A DNA stretch of 64,000 nt from an uncultured Pseudobdellovibrionaceae bacterium (lineage in GTDB: Bacteria > Bdellovibrionota > Bdellovibrionia > Bdellovibrionales > UBA1609). The stretch covers positions 24,233-88,232 of the forward strand of contig CAYHVK010000005.1 of the NCBI GenBank assembly GCA_964360255.1. Direction: 5' to 3'. Position numbers and translations under genes: made by a program. Within the stretch, counting starts at the first letter, position 1. Each line of letters begins with the position of its first letter. The notes beneath the pieces were generated by a model, which saw only the letters and a list, made by a program, of their open reading frames with translations, did not search any database and was not told the origin of the DNA. Below, piece after piece: positions 60,272 to 64,000 of this stretch.

Positions 60272-60688
60272 TTAATCCTCAAGACACTCGGGCTTAATTC
60301 TATTTTTCAAATCTTGAATAGCACCATAAGTTAGCGTGTAGCCATCGTAAGCCTGTTTATTCCGTAGGTTCTGCTCTTCAATTAAAAGTTTCATTTGATG
60401 ATTCATTGTTTTCATTTCAGCCACAGCTTGGTCGATTTTCGCTTCTAATCGGTCAATTCTTGCGTTAGTCCCATCAATGCGAGCATTTACACCATCAAAG
60501 CGCGAGTTCGTCTCGTCAATACGTGCATCTGCTTGTTCGAAGCGGGCCTCAACTTCAAAAAATCGACTGGCGATTTCAGCACGGAATTCACGCATAAATC
60601 CCAGGGTCACTGGGGCTTCAGATTCTCTTTTTGCTAATAGTTCTTTTTTCTTCATTTTATAGTCACTTAGCAAAACTGGTGCTAACAC
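60272..60688 (-). CDS. coiled-coil protein with six ARIDxxN-type heptads
   Basis: GTG start 6 nt after GGAG. Heptads: ARFEQAD ARIDETN SRFDGVN ARIDGTN ARIDRLE AKIDQAV. Confidence 0.55.
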   Translation of the reverse strand: MLAPVLLSDYKMKKKELLAKRESEAPVTLGFMREFRAEIASRFFEVEARFEQADARIDETNSRFDGVNARIDGTNARIDRLEAKIDQAVAEMKTMNHQMKLLIEEQNLRNKQAYDGYTLTYGAIQDLKNRIKPECLED

Positions 60689-60775
60689 GAGAGTCTCCTA
60701 AAATTGAGATGAAATACTTTGTGGGCGGAAATGTTCGGACACTTTTCGGTATCCGGACAACACCAGCTCGGGCGA

Positions 60776-61348
60776 CTAAGCGATTTTCTTCGCGTTATAA
60801 AGGCGATCAATAATAACCGCCACCGCTAAAGATTTAATAACATCACCAACGATAAATGGAATCACACCAGCAGCTAATACAGTTGAATCTGGCATAAAGA
60901 AGCGAAGACCAAGTGCGCCGGTAAAGATAATGAAAGCTCCAGCAAAGAAGCTCACGGTAAAGGCTGACCAGAACGTGCGTCCGAAACCGCGATCGCTTAT
61001 AGCTCCGACGATATAAGCCGCGAGAACCATTCCCACTAAGTAACCGCTGGTGGGGCCGATAACAGTTAAGCTTTTGCCCATGGCCATAATCGGCGCACCG
61101 AAAAGACCTAAGGTAAAATAAGAAACTAAAGTGAGGCTACCAAGAGTAGAACCCATTAAAAGAGCAATTAAAACCACTCCAAAGGTTTGACCCGTCAGCG
61201 GAACCGGAGTGCCTGGAAGCGGAATCGCCACTTGCGAGAGTAAAGCCATTGCTACAACGCCTATGCTCACAGTTATAAGAGATTTCACAACATTCGTGAG
61301 GCTAGAGCTGAGATTTAAACGTTCTGGGACGAGAGCTTTTGAAGACAT
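60776..61348 (-). CDS. bioY: biotin transporter BioY (ECF S-component)
   Basis: ATG 61348 after AAGGAA. Motifs IPLPGTPVPLTGQTFGVVLIALLMG, GPTSGYLVGM and PFIVGDVIK. Confidence 0.85.
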   Translation of the reverse strand: MSSKALVPERLNLSSSLTNVVKSLITVSIGVVAMALLSQVAIPLPGTPVPLTGQTFGVVLIALLMGSTLGSLTLVSYFTLGLFGAPIMAMGKSLTVIGPTSGYLVGMVLAAYIVGAISDRGFGRTFWSAFTVSFFAGAFIIFTGALGLRFFMPDSTVLAAGVIPFIVGDVIKSLAVAVIIDRLYNAKKIA

Positions 61349-61445
61349 AGTGTTTCCTTCAGAAATAAGGTGCTGCAGCCAAAAATTATCTTTACGGAAC
61401 GCTCCCGTCAACCTACAGTTTTACCAATTATTTTAAGGGGGATTT

Positions 61446-62747
61446 ATGAAATTTTTGATATTAGCGGTGGCGTCAGTAGCTATGTCTGCAGCGGCTTTAT
61501 TAGTCAGCCCGAGCGCAGTGGCAAATAATAGTCTTAAAGCTCCTATGAGCTCTGTAATGCCTCACTATGACCTTGAGATGACAGGACAGGAGTACCGCCA
61601 GGTTTTTGAAAATCCATCAGCTCAAATTAAAATCAGCTCGCTTTCATTAGCGAACCTTCAAGATATTTTGCAGGTTGGCAAAAGAAACCTCGATTGGTTG
61701 AAGCTGATCAATGCCAGTCGCAAAGATAAACTTTCTCTTTCAACAGAGGCCACTCAACAAGGTTATCCAATGGATCAACCCCGCGAGTACAACCCGACAT
61801 TAATTCGCGCTAGCTTTAATAATTTAAAAACTGCCATGCCCACAGCTTTAAGCGCTGTTATTTTCGGCACGGGTGCGTTGCCAACAACACTTCCTGTAAC
61901 TGATGAAGAGTATATTGAATGGGGTTTGAAAACAGATCGCGTTTATCAAATTGCAGCTCGTTGGCTCACCATGGAGCCTTATTTAGGTCAGCTTCGTATG
62001 CGTCAGTTTGAAGATATTCGTGGTTTTTACTTTTTGTCGCAAATGAAAGATCGTAAAGACAAATTCTCTGATTTCAAAAGTCTTCCAGCGGCTGAACAAG
62101 AACAAATGCGTGTATGGCTTGTGCAGATGTGCATGAACGCACGTCAAGCTCGCGCCACTTGCAAAACTAAAGTTGAAGGAATGATTTCAGGAGCTAAAAC
62201 GGCGGCAGAGTTAGAGAAGTTCTTCGCCGATTATTCTCCTTATGGCCAGAGTCTTTGGGATGAACTAATGCTTATTCCCTCAAACGGAAAATTCCCTGAC
62301 GTGCGCTGGAATGGCGATACAGATGTGCGTATTCCGTTTCGCCCTGTAACAGACCCAGCCATTGCCAACTATCTTACAAAAAATCTTCAAGAAGAATGGC
62401 AGTTCGGTAAAGCGTTCAATCTCTATGTTGATTTCTCTCTATCGAGCAGCGATGCGGTTTTTGTCACTTGGCAGCCGGGTGTGACTCCGCATGTTCCGTA
62501 TTTGGGAGCATCAGAAATGGTGATGGATTCAAACGCACCAATTTCAGAGTACGATGTGCAGTGGACCATTCGTCATGAATTTGGTCACGTGCTTGGACTG
62601 CCAGATTGCTATGTTGAATTTTACAACGAAGATACACAATCGATCATTTCGTATCAGCTCGACACCACAGATTTGATGTGCAGCCGTCGTGGTCATATCA
62701 ATCAACGTCATCTCGACGAACTTCGCGCTAATTACAGCACGAAATAG
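61446..62747 (+). CDS. secreted zinc metalloprotease (metzincin-like HExxHxxGxxD)
   Basis: Signal peptide. HEFGHVLGLPDCY lies near the C-terminus. Confidence 0.75.
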   Translation: MKFLILAVASVAMSAAALLVSPSAVANNSLKAPMSSVMPHYDLEMTGQEYRQVFENPSAQIKISSLSLANLQDILQVGKRNLDWLKLINASRKDKLSLSTEATQQGYPMDQPREYNPTLIRASFNNLKTAMPTALSAVIFGTGALPTTLPVTDEEYIEWGLKTDRVYQIAARWLTMEPYLGQLRMRQFEDIRGFYFLSQMKDRKDKFSDFKSLPAAEQEQMRVWLVQMCMNARQARATCKTKVEGMISGAKTAAELEKFFADYSPYGQSLWDELMLIPSNGKFPDVRWNGDTDVRIPFRPVTDPAIANYLTKNLQEEWQFGKAFNLYVDFSLSSSDAVFVTWQPGVTPHVPYLGASEMVMDSNAPISEYDVQWTIRHEFGHVLGLPDCYVEFYNEDTQSIISYQLDTTDLMCSRRGHINQRHLDELRANYSTK

Positions 62748-62757
62748 TTCTCTCGAA

Positions 62758-62793
62758 AAAACGAAGTTTCTCCTCTGAAACTTCGTTTTTTTT
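62758..62793 (+). terminator. Rho-independent terminator
   Basis: AAACGAAGTTTC-tcctct-GAAACTTCGTTT hairpin followed by a T run. Confidence 0.75.
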
Positions 62794-63095
62794 CTTAAGT
62801 AACATAATACTTAAGCAGTGACGATTCTAGTCACAAAAATGTAGCCATTTCTCAGGCAAGAAAAATCTTTTTATAGCTCATATAAGTTCAACGTTCTAAG
62901 TCGCATTGTGAAGAAAACTTCATACGTTTTTTATGCGCGAGTTTGATGAGTGTTATCGTGCGTTTACTACGGTCAACTTTTTCCTGCATTTTAAGCGGGT
63001 GGACAAAGTTTAAAATGGGATCATAGTAGTTATAGGGCTTCAAAGAAAAAGGCTCTTTGAGGCCTAGATAACCAAACTTTCTAGGAGGTTCCTCT

Positions 63096-63410
63096 ATGAA
63101 ACATGCAGCCGTAGCCGTTAGTCCAGTCGTTACTTTCAAGGGTTTTCACCCATCGGACTACACCGTAAATTACATCGAATCCGTATTAGACCATATCAGA
63201 GAAGAGTCGCCTTACGGTGCGGCGTTACGTGCTACGTTCAAGCGTGAAAACAATGTGATTCGAGGGATGATTAATGTGACCTCTTCAGCGGGTAAGTTTT
63301 TTGCGATTGCTGAGGGCAGTCGGTTACACGAAGTGAGTCAGAGATTGAATCACCAACTGCGACGTCAGTTGAGTAAATGGAAAAAATTAAGATTTCATCG
63401 CGGAGAGTAG
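63096..63410 (+). CDS. short HPF/RaiA-like (ribosome hibernation factor family) protein
   Basis: Strong AGGAGG RBS. 104 aa whose beta-alpha-beta-beta-beta-alpha-like pattern and basic C-terminal helix (RLNHQLRRQLSKWKK) resemble S30AE/YfiA proteins. Assignment is tentative. Confidence 0.65.
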   Translation: MKHAAVAVSPVVTFKGFHPSDYTVNYIESVLDHIREESPYGAALRATFKRENNVIRGMINVTSSAGKFFAIAEGSRLHEVSQRLNHQLRRQLSKWKKLRFHRGE

Positions 63411-63458
63411 GGCTCCCGCAGATGACCAAAGTGGATGTAGCTTTTAGCTACTGAAACT

Positions 63459-63489
63459 AAAAGGGCACCGTTACGGTGCCCTTTTTTTT
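63459..63489. terminator. bidirectional Rho-independent terminator
   Basis: AAA-GGGCACCG-tta-CGGTGCCC-TTTTTTTT. It overlaps the stop codon of the convergent minus-strand gene. Confidence 0.75.
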
Positions 63490-64000
63490 ACTTCCCACTT
63501 ACAGTGCGAAGATAGAAGCGTTTCTTAGATGCCGGAGCTGTTTCGCCGTCATTGAAAACTTTAATATAAGCAAAATCTGAGCATGAACCGTCTTCACGGT
63601 TCACGAAGTCACAGCCTTGAGTTGCACCAACTGTGAATTCTGCAAGTTCGGCTTCACTGTTGATCGTTGTGAACTGTGAACCCGCGGCTTCGTTGACCCA
63701 TTTCACGGCCCCTTGAAGAGGTCCACCATTGTAAGACACTTCAACTTTTACCGGATATTTGTAAGCGAACGTCGGGCTGCTCTTCAGTTGTAAAGAGAGC
63801 TTATGAGTCGCTGTCTCGCCAGCACCAATCGTGTGAGAGATGGGGTTCGCACGTGAACCAGCACCACGGCTGTCGAGTACGCTAGTGCCATCAACAGTTA
63901 TGTTGGCTTCAGCCACCGCTCCGCGATCAAGACGGAAGTTACGAGTCGCTAGCGCGCCTTCAATAATAGCTTTGAAAAGACCCGGAGCGCGAAGGCTTGA
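63488..64000 (-). CDS. C-terminal part of a hypothetical (probably secreted, beta-rich) protein; gene runs off the right edge
   Basis: The frame stays open from 64000 down to the stop at 63488 (...RNFRLDRGAVAEANITVDG...). The track start at 63916 is only an internal GTG. Confidence 0.6.
   Translation of the reverse strand, partial: SSLRAPGLFKAIIEGALATRNFRLDRGAVAEANITVDGTSVLDSRGAGSRANPISHTIGAGETATHKLSLQLKSSPTFAYKYPVKVEVSYNGGPLQGAVKWVNEAAGSQFTTINSEAELAEFTVGATQGCDFVNREDGSCSDFAYIKVFNDGETAPASKKRFYLRTVSGK

Noticed and set aside
62888-63139. 83-aa minus-strand ORF overlapping the start of the HPF-like gene
   Set aside because: It has no RBS and a basic low-complexity composition, and it overlaps the strongly supported AGGAGG-ATG start on the other strand.
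1-64000. Search by eye for tRNA, rRNA, CRISPR arrays, transposases, integrases, phage genes and T6SS/Tc partners of the RHS toxin
   Set aside because: None found. The accessory status of 10-22 kb therefore rests only on composition and gene content, not on mobility genes. A computational scan (tRNAscan-SE, Rfam, ISfinder) would be needed to be certain.

Overview
This 64-kb window is a densely coded bacterial chromosomal segment. I count about 60 protein genes and found no rRNA, tRNA, CRISPR array, transposase or integrase by eye.

Taxonomic guess (low confidence): a Bdellovibrio-like or Oligoflexia-type organism. The basis is many signal-peptide and lipoprotein ORFs of unknown function, an AgmX/PglI-like C-terminal domain, M23 and metzincin-like peptidases, and very acidic ScpA/ScpB extensions.

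Housekeeping genes recognised from motifs:
- acyl-CoA dehydrogenase and a B12-binding domain protein
- scpA, scpB, psd, prfC, upp, udk
- aldehyde dehydrogenase, photolyase, msrB, msrA, kdsC, kdsA
- a KamA-type radical SAM enzyme and bioY

An accessory segment lies at about 10.0-22 kb:
- It opens with a strikingly AT-rich spacer.
- It encodes a roughly 2290-aa secreted PKD plus teneurin-like (TTR/NHL/YD-shell) RHS polymorphic toxin.
- An unclassified 117-aa tip follows the toxin's DPxxxxxLSGL boundary.
- A 4-TM putative immunity gene comes next.
- A visibly lower-GC block follows, encoding a zinc-ribbon/FxLYD protein and a 1083-aa DUF3857/transglutaminase/TPR protein.
- That block also contains a duplicated leader and start-codon fossil.

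Other notable content:
- an SdpA/SdpB-like (HTTM) pair translationally coupled to scpAB, directly upstream of the toxin
- a bacterial URC-type pyrimidine catabolism cluster (URC1-like GTP cyclohydrolase II, URC4/DUF1688-like, upp, udk)
- a five-gene overlapping operon: AmpG-type MFS, thioesterase, ceramidase-like CREST hydrolase, GMC oxidoreductase and a small membrane protein
- a 98-nt element with terminal inverted repeats, present twice at identical length
- several unusually long inverted repeats

All family assignments come from reading motifs in the translations. No database search was run.
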